Assembly (NCBI GenBank): GCA_000004695.1
Contig: CM000151.3
Coordinates: forward strand, 4,320,001-4,384,000
Direction of reading: 5' to 3'
DNA from: Dictyostelium discoideum
Lineage: Eukaryota
Length of the DNA stretch: 64,000 nucleotides
Positions 1 through 12,351 of the stretch are shown piece by piece; the first letter of the stretch is position 1; every line of letters starts with the position of its first letter. Position numbers and translations under genes: made by a program. The notes beneath the pieces are model-generated. The model was not told where the DNA came from, did no database searches, and saw only the letters and a list, made by a program, of their open reading frames with translations.

Positions 1-460
1 TATTACTGCTATTATTACTATTATTGTTGTTGTTGTTGTTGTTATTATTATTATTATTGCCGATGTTGCTATTGTTATTATTATTACTACTGCTGTTGCT
101 ACTGCCTGTGTTATTATTGTTATTGTTGTTATTGTTGCTGCCAATACTACCGCTATTATTGCTATTGCTATTGTTATTGTTGCTGCTGCTGCTGCTGCTG
201 TTATTGTTATTATTATTATTTGAAGGACGGGGTTGTGAATTATTTGGTAACTTTATATTGGAATTTGATATATTTGGTCTGATAGAGTTATTATTAAATG
301 GATATGACGGAGTTGTTCTATTTGAGCTATAACACATTTGAGGAACACCCTTTATAATACATCTTGAACAAGGTGTTTTCTCATCACATTCGACCATATC
401 TTTTTGACAAAGAAAACATGATTTCTCTGATGTTTTTCTTTTTCTTGGATGTAAATCCAT
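1..460 (-). CDS. Partial CDS whose 3' part lies beyond the window start: N-terminal Zn(2)-C6 (GAL4-like) zinc-cluster motif followed by an N/S/G-rich low-complexity region. Putative transcription factor.
   Basis: A minus-strand ATG at about 458-460 opens a frame that reads without stops to position 1. The translation begins MDLHPRKRKTSEKSCFLCQKDMVECDEKTPCSRCIIKGVPQMCYSSNRTTPSYPFNNNSIRPNISNSNIKLPNNSQPRPSNNNNNNNNSSSSSSNNNNSNSNNSGSIGSNNNN... The cysteine spacing CX2CX6CX5CX2CX8C fits the Zn2Cys6 binuclear cluster. The plus-strand poly-Leu ORF 24..332 in the ORF track is the antisense artefact of this N/S-rich region. Confidence 0.45.
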   Translation of the reverse strand, partial: MDLHPRKRKTSEKSCFLCQKDMVECDEKTPCSRCIIKGVPQMCYSSNRTTPSYPFNNNSIRPNISNSNIKLPNNSQPRPSNNNNNNNSSSSSSNNNNSNSNNSGSIGSNNNNNNNNNTGSSNSSSNNNNNSNIGNNNNNNNNNNNNNSNNSSN

Positions 461-827
461 TCTTTATTTATTTTTATATGAATTTTTTTTTTTTTTTTTT
501 ATTGTAATATATATTTTATTTTATTTTTTATTTTATTTTATTTACTTATGTAATTTCTAATGCCTGATATTTTTAAAAAACAAATAAAATGAAAAAAATA
601 AAAAAAATAAAAAATTCAACAAAAAAAAAAAAAAAAAAAAAAAAATGAATGAAATAATTTTTTTTTTTTTTTTTAATTTTTAATTTTTTTTTATTTTATT
701 TAATTTAATTATTAAGAAAATACAAATTTGTATTATCTTGATTTGATAAATATTATTACTTTTTTTTTGTATTTTTAAAATTTTTTTCATTTTTTTTTTT
801 TTTTTTTTTTTTTCGTTTTTTCACAGT

Positions 828-2705
828 TTAATTATTAATTGGTAAATAACCAGCACGTTTCTTATAACGAATATAACCATATGCTCCACCAGCAACAGTA
901 CCCAAGACAGCAACGATAATTAAGAAAACAGCCCAACCTGGTAATTTCTTATGAGATTGTTCTTTTGAATTAAATTTAATTGAGACAATACCATCATCAG
1001 AGACGGAAACAGAGTAATCTAAAGTGGTGGCTTGACCATTTGTAAGTGGAACGATGGTTGAGAAAGTACCAAGAGTGCTACCAGCACATGAGATGATTTT
1101 ATAGGAATCACCATCACTTGGATTGGTATCGGTGATATCCATGATAAGGGTACCATTGAGTACTAAATTACCGTCGACAGTGATAAGAGCGCCAGCATCG
1201 GTAGAGAGTGTCTCTGCGATGAAAATGGTGGATTCAGCATCCATTTCCAAGTTACCAGCAACAGCGAATTGTTCAGAGGTTTGATCCATATCCAAAACGG
1301 CACCACTTGTCATAATTAAATCACCATTGATAGTAGCGATGGATTGTGGATGAATTCTACCGGCGATCAAATCAACTGAGCCACCAATGATACCACTATC
1401 AATACCAATGTATGAGTCTTTATCCAATGTATCGATTGAACCAAAAAAATTGACTTGATTGAATGCAAGATTACCTAAAAGATTAATTGGATATTTTCGA
1501 ACCCAAGAATCGAATGGACCATTCAAAGTGTTCATTGAGGCATCACTGAAAACGATTTGAGTGAGATTGGTGGAGATGTAACCCAATGAATTGCCACCAT
1601 CAAATTGAACGCTTGGAGTTGGTTGATGGTCTGGATTGATTACAAATGATGATTGTTTATCAGTTAAATGACCAAATGTACAATTTTGAACAAATAGATT
1701 CAAACCACCTGCAACAGTTACACTAATACCCACTGAATTAACATTCCATAAATAACATTCGGATTCAACATTACCTTGCTTGTTGATGTCAAATGTGATT
1801 TGACCATTACCTTGGACACCATTTGCGAAGTTTCCTTTTGGATGGAAACAAATTAAGTTGGCATTTTGTAAGTTAATGCTTGGGAAGTTTGCTGATGCTG
1901 AACCAGAGATGGTGAGATTAGCATTGGTGACCTTGATACTTGGATTACCAGTGTATTTGAATGAATCTGCAATGGTAAGAGCACCACCTTGAACGATGAT
2001 ATCATCATTGAGTGTGACAATCTCCAAATTGGATTGACCATAGAATGTGGTTGGACCAACAATGACTCTATCGTCGGAATTGATACCTGCATTGAAGAAA
2101 CATTCGTTGGCAGTTAAAATTGAATTATCAGTGAATGTTACAGTGGTCCAAAATTGAGCGACACCATTGATTAAAACATTTGAGAATGATTGTGCAGAGA
2201 ATTGGGAGTTTTGATCAGTGAAAATATCTTTAAATTGAAGAATTGAATAGGATGCTTGCATTGTGGATCCGAAAAGTAAGAATTTACCATTAACCTCAAC
2301 ATCATAACCAAATTGAGTGATATTGTTACTCTTTTCATTGTCAAATACAATTGTTGCACTATTGTTACCTGTGAACCCACCTGTCACTTGCATGTTGGTG
2401 TTTTGGAATGATACTACAACATTGACTGCACTTGTACCAACGATATTAATACTTGTGAATATGTTATTGATACCAGAAGCTACAATGAAAACTTGTTTAT
2501 TAGCGTTGGTAACCTTGGTGAAATCAATTACAACATTACTATTATTACTTGGAACTGCTCCTTGTTGCCAATTTGTTGGATCTGTGAATCTACATGGATT
2601 TTCTTGTGCACCACATAATGTTGGATCAAATGCAAAATTAAATGTTTGTGCTGAAATAATTCCAATAAAACAAATTAAAACTAATAATAATTTTATAATA
2701 TTCAT
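828..2705 (-). CDS. Type I membrane glycoprotein with a signal peptide, an N/T/G-rich repetitive ectodomain that may form a beta-helix, a C-terminal TM helix and a short basic tail. Function unknown.
   Basis: ORF-track 625-aa ORF. The N-terminus MNIIKLLLVLICFIGIISAQ is a typical signal peptide. The ectodomain has many N-x-S/T sequons and short repeated strand-like segments (NANLTISGSAS, VNVVVSF and similar). The C-terminal hydrophobic helix is WAVFLIIVAVLGTVAGGAYGYI, followed by RYKKRAGYLPINN. No catalytic motif recognised. Confidence 0.7.
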   Translation of the reverse strand: MNIIKLLLVLICFIGIISAQTFNFAFDPTLCGAQENPCRFTDPTNWQQGAVPSNNSNVVIDFTKVTNANKQVFIVASGINNIFTSINIVGTSAVNVVVSFQNTNMQVTGGFTGNNSATIVFDNEKSNNITQFGYDVEVNGKFLLFGSTMQASYSILQFKDIFTDQNSQFSAQSFSNVLINGVAQFWTTVTFTDNSILTANECFFNAGINSDDRVIVGPTTFYGQSNLEIVTLNDDIIVQGGALTIADSFKYTGNPSIKVTNANLTISGSASANFPSINLQNANLICFHPKGNFANGVQGNGQITFDINKQGNVESECYLWNVNSVGISVTVAGGLNLFVQNCTFGHLTDKQSSFVINPDHQPTPSVQFDGGNSLGYISTNLTQIVFSDASMNTLNGPFDSWVRKYPINLLGNLAFNQVNFFGSIDTLDKDSYIGIDSGIIGGSVDLIAGRIHPQSIATINGDLIMTSGAVLDMDQTSEQFAVAGNLEMDAESTIFIAETLSTDAGALITVDGNLVLNGTLIMDITDTNPSDGDSYKIISCAGSTLGTFSTIVPLTNGQATTLDYSVSVSDDGIVSIKFNSKEQSHKKLPGWAVFLIIVAVLGTVAGGAYGYIRYKKRAGYLPINN

Positions 2706-2794
2706 TTTTTGATTTATTTATTTTTTTTTTTTTTTCCCTCTTTTTATTCTTTAATTATACACAAAGAAAAAAATAAAAATAAAAAATTTTTAAG

Positions 2795-2825
<31 letters not shown>

Positions 2826-2858
2826 GAGTGAATGATTGATTTTATTTAAAAAATTTCG

Positions 2859-2889
<31 letters not shown>

Positions 2890-3023
2890 AAATTTTTTTT
2901 TTATTTTTAAAATATCTATATTTTCCCAGGCAACCATAATTGATAAAATTCCCAATTACCTCGACTTTTTGATTACAAAAGAAAACACAAACCTTTATTA
3001 TTAATAGAAAAATTTAGTTATAA

Positions 3024-3059
<36 letters not shown>

Positions 3060-4544
3060 ATTTAAATATATTATATATAATCAAGAAAGAAATACATATT
3101 CTTTAATTCCATCATATATTATAAATTACATGTACCCAAAATAATAATGATGATAATAAAATAAAAAATAAAAAATAAAATAAATAATTGAATAATTCCT
3201 AAATTAATTTTTTTTATATTCGTTAGTTTTTTTTTTTTTTTTTTTAATAAATTTCTAGTATTGGTTAAATGTATTGGGTGGTAATTTTATAGTTATAATT
3301 GAACAATTGAGGAAAAATATAACCATTTAAATTAATATATATATATATATATATATAAATTTTCTTTTTTTTTTAATTAATGTGTTTTTTTTAAAAAAAA
3401 AAAAAAATAAAAAAAAAAAATCAACAAAGAACATAAAACAGTTTGACATTTTTCCTTTTATAAAAAAAATCTTAATTTAAATTATTATAATAAACATCAA
3501 AAACAGAAAAATGGATTAAAGACTGGATTATCAATTTTTTTTCATTGAAAACTCTTTTTTTTTTTTGTTTTTTGTTTTTTTTTTTTTTTTATTTTTTTTT
3601 CATTTTATTTTTTTTTTTTTTATTTTTTTTTTTTAATTAATTCTACATAAAAATTTTTTTTTTTCTTTTCATTATTTTTTTTTCATTCTTTTCGAAAAGA
3701 TTTTTATAAATCATATAATATCTTCATACTCTGGTTTCGCAGATTAAAAAAAAAATAAAAAAAAAATAACAAACAAATAATAAATAAATAACAAGGAATT
3801 AATTAAAATAAATAAAATAAAATAAAATAAAATAAAAACAACTCATTCAACTAATAGATAAATAAAAAAAATACAACAAGAAAAAAAAATAAAAAAAAAA
3901 ATAAAAAAATAAAAAAAAATAAATAAAAAATAAAACTTTTTTTTGACTGTCTTTTATAAATAATATTATTATTTTTTTTTTTTTTTTTGAGTTTATTTTA
4001 TATCAAAGAAAAAAATAAAATAAAAAAAAAACCAAGTGTCTTTTATTCATATGTTTATAAATCACACACCACTCTAATTTGTTGTAAATTGAAAAAGAAA
4101 AATAAAAAATAAAAAAATAAAAAAAAAAAAATAAAAAATAAAAAATAAAAAAAAAAAACAAAAAACAAAATAAAACAAAAGCAAAAACATTTTTTATTTT
4201 TTATTTTATTTTTTCATCAATTATCACTATAAAGCTCAAAAAAGAAATAAAAAGAAATAAAAAGAAATAAAAAAAAAAGAAAAAAAAGAAAAAAAAGAAA
4301 ACAAAAAAAAAAAAAAAAAAAAAATCAATAAAGAAAAAAAAAAAAAAAAATAAATCATTAAAAAATATTTTCAAAGTCAAACAAATAAAGTTCACCACCT
4401 TAATGATTACTACTAATAGAATTAATTATAATTTTCAACAACTTCATACACACACAATTATTACAAATAATTTTCATTTCCACCAAAAGAAAAATAAACT
4501 AATTATAACACCAAGATTATAAATAAAAAAAAAAAAATAAAAAA

Positions 4545-5835
4545 ATGTCAAGCACACCAAATAATAATAATAATAATAAGTAAGTATATTTCATGTTAAA
4601 AAAAAAAAAAAAAAAAAAAATAAATAAGTAAAATAATAAAAACTCATATTAATCTTTTTTTTTCTTCTCACCAAAATTTATTTATTTTATTATTTAAATA
4701 GGGCAGAAAATCAAGCCGATTTCGTAGATGAAGAAGAATGGGCATTTGTAGATCTATGGGATAAATATGATCAAAATCTTTTAGAGAGATTTTGGAATGA
4801 ATTAGTTAAAACAACTTTTAACACTTCAGATATTCAGCCATTGAACGATTGGAATAAAGCAATGTCACCAGAGGCTCATAATAATCCTGATATTCCAGAT
4901 TTACACATATTATTAGCTTTTAAAGCAAGTGATTTGGAAACAATTAAAAATTCAACAGAGGCATTTACAACTACAAATACCTCACCAAGAAATACTTCCA
5001 CAGGTGATAGCAATACAAATACATTTAATACTGGTGGTAGCGGTAGTAGTGGCAATAGTACAACAAATACAACCCCTACTACACCAATTATAGTTACAAC
5101 ATCAAATAGTATTAATATACCAACTAAATTAACCTCATCAACAAGTAGTACATTGATACCAACAGCTATACCAGTTGCAACTCCAACAACTCCAACAACT
5201 CCAACAACAACAGCAACCCCAGCAATTCCAACAACAACAACAACAACACCAAAATCACCAATTTCAGATGACTTGGAATTGTCATCATCATCTTCTTCAA
5301 CTATGAGTAGTATTGATTCAAATTCAACATCATCATCAGCTGTAATTAGTCCAACACCAATTCCATTCATCAATACAAGCACAAACATTTCATCATCACC
5401 ATCTTCAACAATTGTTAGTACTCTAGGTAAAGTAACACCACCACAGATTTTAAATAATCGTACTCAAATTATTGCTGGTGTAATTTTTGAATATTATTCA
5501 AATATTAATTGTGGTTTATTTTTACATATGATTATTCAAAAAAAATTTAGAAATATGGTAAGTAAAAATTTAAATAATTTTTTTGTTGTTTTTTTTTTTT
5601 TTTTTAAAATAAATATTAAATTTTTTTTTAATTTATTACTATTATTTTTAGGGATTAGAAGGATTATTAGTTAAAAGAGCAATTGAAATTTTAGATAAGA
5701 ATGCACATTCTCATGGTCATTTAGCAGGTTGTAATGCAATTTTCTTTGAAACTAAATCAGCATCAAATCCAGCTGGTACCAGTACCAGTACCAGCACCAG
5801 TACTAGTACTAGTACTAATTCTAGTGGTAGTAGTA

Positions 5836-5934
<99 letters not shown>

Positions 5935-8900
5935 GTAATAATAATACTTTATGTGTATCTACAAGTGGTGGAAGTAGTCATCAAGATATTAATAAAATTG
6001 ATCCAAGACAACAACATTCAATTTTACATAAGATTGGATTTAGATTAGTAGATTTTGATTATACAAAACTACCATTAAAGAGATTAGGTAAATCAAATAA
6101 TCTCCTATTGACAGTTTATCTTTCGCCACATATACCATCACAAAGTAGTTTAGATGGTGATAAATATTATTTACCATCAGTATTATTAAAGAATTTCGTA
6201 TATGACCTTTGGGATACATCTTATTTGACAGAAAAAGTTAATAGAAAACCAGATGAAGATCCAGAATATGGAAGAGCATTGGAACAAATCGAATTACGTG
6301 AAAAGATACCATTGTTAGATTTACCATGGGGTGCAGGTAAACCATGGACATTAGTTGACCTCTATGAGGATTATGATGAAGAATTATTGGAACGTTGTTA
6401 TAGAGAAGTCATGGTACCAAGTGTGAAACATAGTGAAATTCCTTCACTTGGTAACGTTTTAAGGGCAATGTCTCCCGAGGGTGATGATTCATCCTATCTA
6501 CCAGATGTTCATGTCCTTTTAGCAGTACGTTGGCCAACTGATTTCCATAAGGATGGCAATTCATCATCGCCAATCATCGATGGTCTTTGTGTTTTCGAAT
6601 ATCATACCGAACAAAATTGTGGAATACTCACTCATTTAATTTTACAAAAAAAGAATAGAACATCATTGAATGATGGTTTGGATAGTTTATTAGTGGATAG
6701 TGCCGTAGATATCCTTGATACCAATGCAAGAGAACGTGGTAATTTGGCAGGTTGTAATGCAATTTTCATTCATATTAAAAATGCCCCAACTTCACCAGTT
6801 AGTCCAGATGTTGTTGATATTTGTCAACATCATATGGTATTATATAAAATGGGATTCAAACTTTTAGACTTTGATTTCTATATACCACCATTGGATTTTC
6901 ATTCAGCACCAAAGAAAATGATGTTAGGTTTATTCATTACACCATTGATCCCAAAATCAAATGAAAAAGGTGATCGTCCATTCATTCCATCAAATCTATT
7001 GAAATTATTTGTTGAACTTCAATGGAATAATGCTTTTGGTTCAGAACAAATTAAGAATTCACCAAATACCTACTTGGAATATCAACGTATGATTGAACAA
7101 ATAGAATTACGTGAACGTATTTCATTATCGGATTTACCATGGGATGCAGGTAAACCATGGACATTGGTTGATCTATGGGAAGATTATGATCAAGAGTTAT
7201 TGGAACGTCTATACAAAGAGATTATGATACCAAACTTTTCAAATAAACACGAATTGGAACCATTGGATAATTGGTTACAAGCATTTACTTCAGAGAATCG
7301 TGATGATCCAAACATTTCCGATCTTCATATACTATTGGCACTTAGATGGAGCGATAATAGTTCACAACCAATCATTGAGGGTGTTATCATCTTTGAATAT
7401 TTCTCTGCAAATAATTGTGGTCTATTAACTTATTTAATCGTTCAAAAAACATTTAAAGGTAAAGGTTTGGATAGAATCCTCGTGGAAACAGCAATTGAAA
7501 TCCTAAATCAAAATGCAAAGAGTCAAGGTTTCCTTCCAGGTTGTAATGCAATCTTTTTGGAGGTTTACAGTGGTGAAAAGGTAACTTTGAAACAAGATGT
7601 AGTCGATCCACGTATGAGACATTCCATCTATCATCAAATTGGATTTAGATTGATAGATTTCGAATATGTTGCACCACCATTAGCTTTGACTTATCCAAAG
7701 TTAAAACATTTCCTTCTCACAGTTTATCTTACCGAACATATTCCAAAGATGCCATTGGAGGAGGGCAAATATTATTTACCAAGTAGCGTTTTAAAGAATT
7801 TTATCACCGTCCTTTGGAAGAATGCAATTGCAACCAAGAAAATCATTAAACAACCACAAAGAGATTCAGATTATGTTAGAATGGTCGAACAGTTTGAGTA
7901 TCGTGAAAAAATACCATTGTTAGATTTACCATGGGGTGCAAGTAAACCATGGACATTGGTTGATCTTAGAGACGATTATGATGAGGATCTTATGGTACGT
8001 TTTTACAATGAGTTGATGTTACCAAATTTCCCAGTGAAAAATGAATTGGAACCATTATCAAATTTCATTAGTGCTCTCTCTGAAGAGAGAAGAGAATCAT
8101 TCAATCCACATTTATCAGAGGTTCATGTTTTATTGGCATTGAGATGGCCAACCGATTCATCCGATTTACAACCAACCATTGGTGCTGGTATTATTTTCGA
8201 ATATTTTTCAAATACCAATTGTGGTTTACTTTCCTATTTGGTGGTACATCGTTCTTCAAGAGGTCAAGGTTTGGCTGGTATTTTGGTTGAACGTGCAGTG
8301 GAACTATTGGATAAACATGCAAAAACTCGTGGTCAATTGGCTGGTTGTAACTGTATTTTCTTGGAAACCAATTCTGCTGAAAAAGTAACCGTACAACAAG
8401 ATGTTATGGATCCACGTATGAGACATACTATCTATTATAAAATGGGTTTCAGAATGATCGATTTCGAATATATTATGCCACCACTTTTTCAAGGTTTTGA
8501 AAAATTACGTGGTGTACTCTTATTGACAGTTTATTTAACTCCTCATATTCCCTATCAAGATGTCAATGGCAAGAAACAATACTATCTACCAAATGTTTTA
8601 TTAAAGAATTTCATCTCTTCACAATGGGAGAATGCATTCCGTAATTCACGTCTCTCTGTTAGACCAAGTCAAGATATCGATTTCACAATGTCATTGGATC
8701 AATTGGAGATTAGAGAACGTGTACCACTATTGGATTTACCATGGGGTGATGGTAAAGATTGGATGATAGTTGACCTTTGGGAAGATTATGATCAAGAGTT
8801 ATTGGATGCTTTCTATAAAAAGTATATGATCACTCAGTTTGGTACTTCCGATGAATTAGAACCATTAGAGAATTGGCATAAAGCTCTCTCAACCGAGGGT

Positions 8901-10064
8901 CGTGATGATCCTAATATTTGCGATCTTCATGTCCTATTAACATTGGGTTTGCCAGGTGAACATAAAGGTAAAGGTCATAAATATATCATTGGTGGTTTGG
9001 TTTTCGAATATTATCCAGAGACAAATACAGCATTGGTCACTTACTTGGTTGTAAATCAACGTTGGTCCGGTAAAGGTATTGGTACTGACTTAATTTTACG
9101 TACTCTCACAATTCTCGATCAAAATGCAAAACAAAAAGGTCATATAGCCGGTTGTAATGCAATTTTCTTGGAAGTTATGTTCTTACCACAATCGGGTGAA
9201 TCAGACTCTTCATTGAGTCATGTTTTCCTTTTCAATAAAGGTTTCCGTTTATTGGATTTCGAATATTATCAACCACCAACCTCTTTAAGAAATCCAAAAT
9301 CAAATAATGTTTGTTTAACCGTTCTATTGACTCCACGTATTCCAAAGCATGGTGTTGGTAGTGAAATTCAACCATTTGTACCATCTTCTTTGTTACGTTC
9401 ATTCATTACAACTCTATGGGAAGATGAATGTGGTTTAATTGGTTATAACTTTGAATCTGATCCATGTTACCTTAGAATGATGGAACAATTGGATGGTAAT
9501 GATTATTTCCATTGTTTAGATTTACCTTGGATTAAACATAGAATCGATCAAAATTCAATCAATCCAAATAATTCCACTCTACCACATATAAACTTTTCAA
9601 ATTCTTTTAATAATTTAAATATTAGTTATTCATCACCAAATCCTGTACATTTAAGAGATTTTAAAAATCAACAACAACAACAACAACAACAACAAGTACA
9701 ACAATTACAACAACAAGTACAAAAAGTACAACAATTGACAGCTGGTACTAATTTAGGTGGTAATAGTTTAAATTCAAGTGGTAGTATTTATAATAATAGC
9801 GGCGATAAAAAATCATCACTACCACCATTACCAAATCCAAATAACCTTAGTAATAATTATGATAGTGATCATCTTACAAAGAATAAAAATTTATTAAAAG
9901 TTTCAACACCAGATGGCAATAGTTCCTCTGCTCCTGGTTCACCAATTTTATCTCCTCAATCAATGAATTCAGTTTTCCCACCAAACGCTCCTTTATCACC
10001 TGCTCTTTATCCTTCAAATTTAAGTAATTCAACATTGGCCCAAAGAGTTACATTGGATAAATAA
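4545..10064 (+). CDS. Large protein of about 1767 aa built from five tandem GNAT-like (acetyltransferase-fold) repeats of about 215 aa each plus a degenerate sixth, with a poly-Asn insert and a Q/N/S-rich tail. Three exons.
   Basis: Exons (approximate): 4545..4579 (MSSTPNNNNNN, donor gtaagt); 4702..5557 (acceptor aatag; donor gtaagt after ...IIQKKFRNM); 5652..10064 (acceptor ttttag; stop taa). The track ORFs 4841..5674 and 6108..10064 are joined by intron 2. I checked the frame from 5652 to 6108 codon by codon and it has no stop. Each repeat carries the block YYLPS.LLKNF..LW....IELRE.IPLLDLPWGAGKPWTLVDL.EDYDEELLER.Y.E.M.P...ELEPL...A.S.E....P...DLH.LLALRW....QPII.G...FEYF...NCGLLTYL.VQK...GKGL...LVE.A.E.L..NAK..G.L.GCNAIFLE......V....DV.DPRMRH.IY...GFR.IDFEY. 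This matches GNAT motif A (R/Q-x-x-G-x-G/A, for example HRSSRGQGLAGILVE and NQRWSGKGIGTDLIL) plus a motif-B-like N..A..lY...GF. Repeat 1 is interrupted by a T/S/P-rich insertion of about 160 aa and a (AAT)31 poly-N tract. Intron 2 falls inside motif A. Confidence 0.7.
5838..5930 (+). repeat. Perfect (AAT)n microsatellite of about 31 units, in frame, encoding poly-Asn within the GNAT-repeat gene.
   Basis: Uninterrupted aataataat... run. It reads as Asn codons in the reconstructed gene frame. The ORF track translates another frame as poly-Ile. Confidence 0.9.
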
Positions 10065-10306
10065 ATTATAAATAATGTATAAAATCATTCATCTCTTATT
10101 CAAAAATAATCACTTTTTTTTTTATTTTTTTTTTTATTTTCAGATTTTTTATTTTTATTTTTTTTATTTTTATTTTTTTTATTTTTATTTTTATTTTTTT
10201 TATTTTTTTAGATTTTTTTTTTTTTTTTTTTTGTGTAGACCAATTCCATAACTTTTTTTTTTTTTTTACTTTTTTTTTTAAAATTCAAATTAAAAAATCA
10301 AAAACA

Positions 10307-10477
10307 ATGAAGGTTTCACTTTCTTTTCTTTTAACAATTTTAATTGTTATAATTACAATTAAAGTTAATTTATCTCAAGAAATTAAAATTAGTCCATTCT
10401 TTGCAAATAATTTAAAATTTGAACCAATCCCTGACTATATTGAATATGATTCAGAGTAAGTCCTCAATTTTTATTAC

Positions 10478-10519
<42 letters not shown>

Positions 10520-12238
10520 TTTTAATTTTAAATGTAAAAGTTAAGAAACTAACAAAACAATTAAAAATTTATATATAGTTCAGATGCAGGTGAAGCATTA
10601 TTCTTATCAAACTATTTAGATGACCACAAAACCGCAAAACAGAAATCTTGTGTTGATATTGGTGCACCTTTTCAATCATGTGATAAATTATTAGAGATTG
10701 ACTCTAACCTCAGAGATACAGAAGATTTCTTTACATTCACTGGTTTCATCACTGTAAATGAAACTTATAATAGTAATACTTTCTTTTGGTTTTTAGAATC
10801 TCAAAATGGTGATAAAAACTCACCCTTAGTTATCTTTTTACAAGGTGGTAAGTATTTTTATTTTTATTTTTATTTTTATTTTAAAAACAATTTAAAATGT
10901 ATATTAATATTATTTATTTATATTTATTTATATAAAAAAAAAAAAAATATAAAATAGGTCCAGGTGGTGCATCAACTTTTTCACTTTTTGTTGAAACAGG
11001 TCCATATGAACTCCTTGATAATTTCACTTTAGTACAAAGAGAAATTACATGGAATTCAGAATTTGCAATGTTATATATTGATAATCCAGTTGGTACTGGT
11101 TTTTCATTTACTGACTCTCAAGAGGGTTATTCAAATAATGAAGATGAAATTGCAACAAATTTATACACCTTTTTACAACAATTTTATAAACTTTATCCAG
11201 AATATTACACAAATGAATTATATATAACTGGTGAAGTAAGTACAAATCAAATATTTAACATTTTAATTCAATTTTAATACTAATTTTATAAAATAATAAT
11301 AAATAATAAATAATAAATAATAAATAATAAATAATAATTATTTAGAGTTATGCCGGAAAATACATTCCAGCATTTTCATATCACATTATCCAACAAAACC
11401 AAAACTCAAATAATCCAAATATTAATCTTAAAGGTATTGCAATTGGTGACGGTTTATGTGATCCAATTACCCAAGTAACTCAATATGCAAACCTTGCATT
11501 CTATACTGGTTTAGCTGATCTCCAACAACAAGAAGTTATGTTTGAATATCAAGATAAAATTGTTGAAGCAATTAATCAAGAACAATGGTCAGTTGCAAAC
11601 GATTTATTCACTGATTTAATTAATGGTCCACCAGATTATTTCCAAGTAAATATATAGTTTTTTTTATTTCCTATTCTTATATAAATGATTAATTAGTTTT
11701 TTTTTTTTCTTTTTTTTTTTTTTAAAATAAGAATATTACAGGTGAATCAGATTATTATGATATTCGTAAAACTGTTGAACCAACATATGGTGGTGATTTT
11801 ACAGCATTTTTAAATCAATCTTCAATTCGTGCAATGATTCATGTTGGTAATAATTATTTTCAAAATAATAATGATGTTTACATTCATTTAGAACAAGATA
11901 TTCCAAAATCAGTTAAACAATTATTCCCAACCATTTTAGATAATATTAAAGTTATTTTATACAATGGTCAATTTGATTTCATTGTTGGTCCATCTCTCAC
12001 AGAAACAATGATTCGTACTATTGAATGGGAAGGAATTCAACCATTCTTAGAATCACCAAAAATCATTTGGAAAATTCCATCAGATAATGTTGATGTAGCC
12101 GGTTTTGTTAGACAATGGAATAGTTTCACTCAAGTTGTTGTACGTCAAGCAGGTCATATGGTACCTTTGGATCAACCTGCACGTGCTTTTGATATGATAG
12201 ATAGATTTATTAACAATGAACCTTTTCCATCAGGTTAA
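10307..12238 (+). CDS. Serine carboxypeptidase (peptidase family S10) with a signal peptide. Five exons.
   Basis: Exons (approximate): 10307..10455, 10579..10847, 10958..11235, 11346..11645, 11732..12238. All donors are gtaagt or gtaaat and all acceptors are ag. The spliced protein is MKVSLSFLLTILIVIITIKVNLSQ...FFWFLESQNGDKNSPLVIFLQGGPGGASTFSLFVETGPYEL...LYIDNPVGTGFSF...LYITGESYAGKYIP...GIAIGDGLCDP...VVRQAGHMVPLDQPARAF...PFPSG. The oxyanion/GGPG block (QGGPGGAS, spliced across intron 2), the catalytic-Ser motif GESYAG (spliced across intron 3) and the catalytic-His motif AGHMVP are hallmark S10 motifs. Reading frames are consistent across all junctions. Confidence 0.85.
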
Positions 12239-12351
12239 ATTAAATTAAATTAAAATTAAAAAATAAAATTGTTTTTATTATAATGTATTGGTAAACTTAA
12301 TATATGTCTTTAATTTATTTATTTTTATTTTTTTTTTTTTATTTTGTTTCA

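Noticed and set aside
24-332. Plus-strand poly-Leu ORF (102 aa).
   Set aside because: It is the antisense translation of the N/S-rich low-complexity coding region of the minus-strand Zn2Cys6-like gene. It has no start context and pure low complexity.
4201-4398. Minus-strand poly-Phe ORF (65 aa).
   Set aside because: It is the translation of intergenic oligo(dA)/oligo(dT) tracts. It is not coding.
4876-5388. Minus-strand 170-aa V/G-rich ORF overlapping the GNAT-repeat gene.
   Set aside because: It is the antisense of the T/P-rich coding insert. The sense strand has a coherent spliced gene model.
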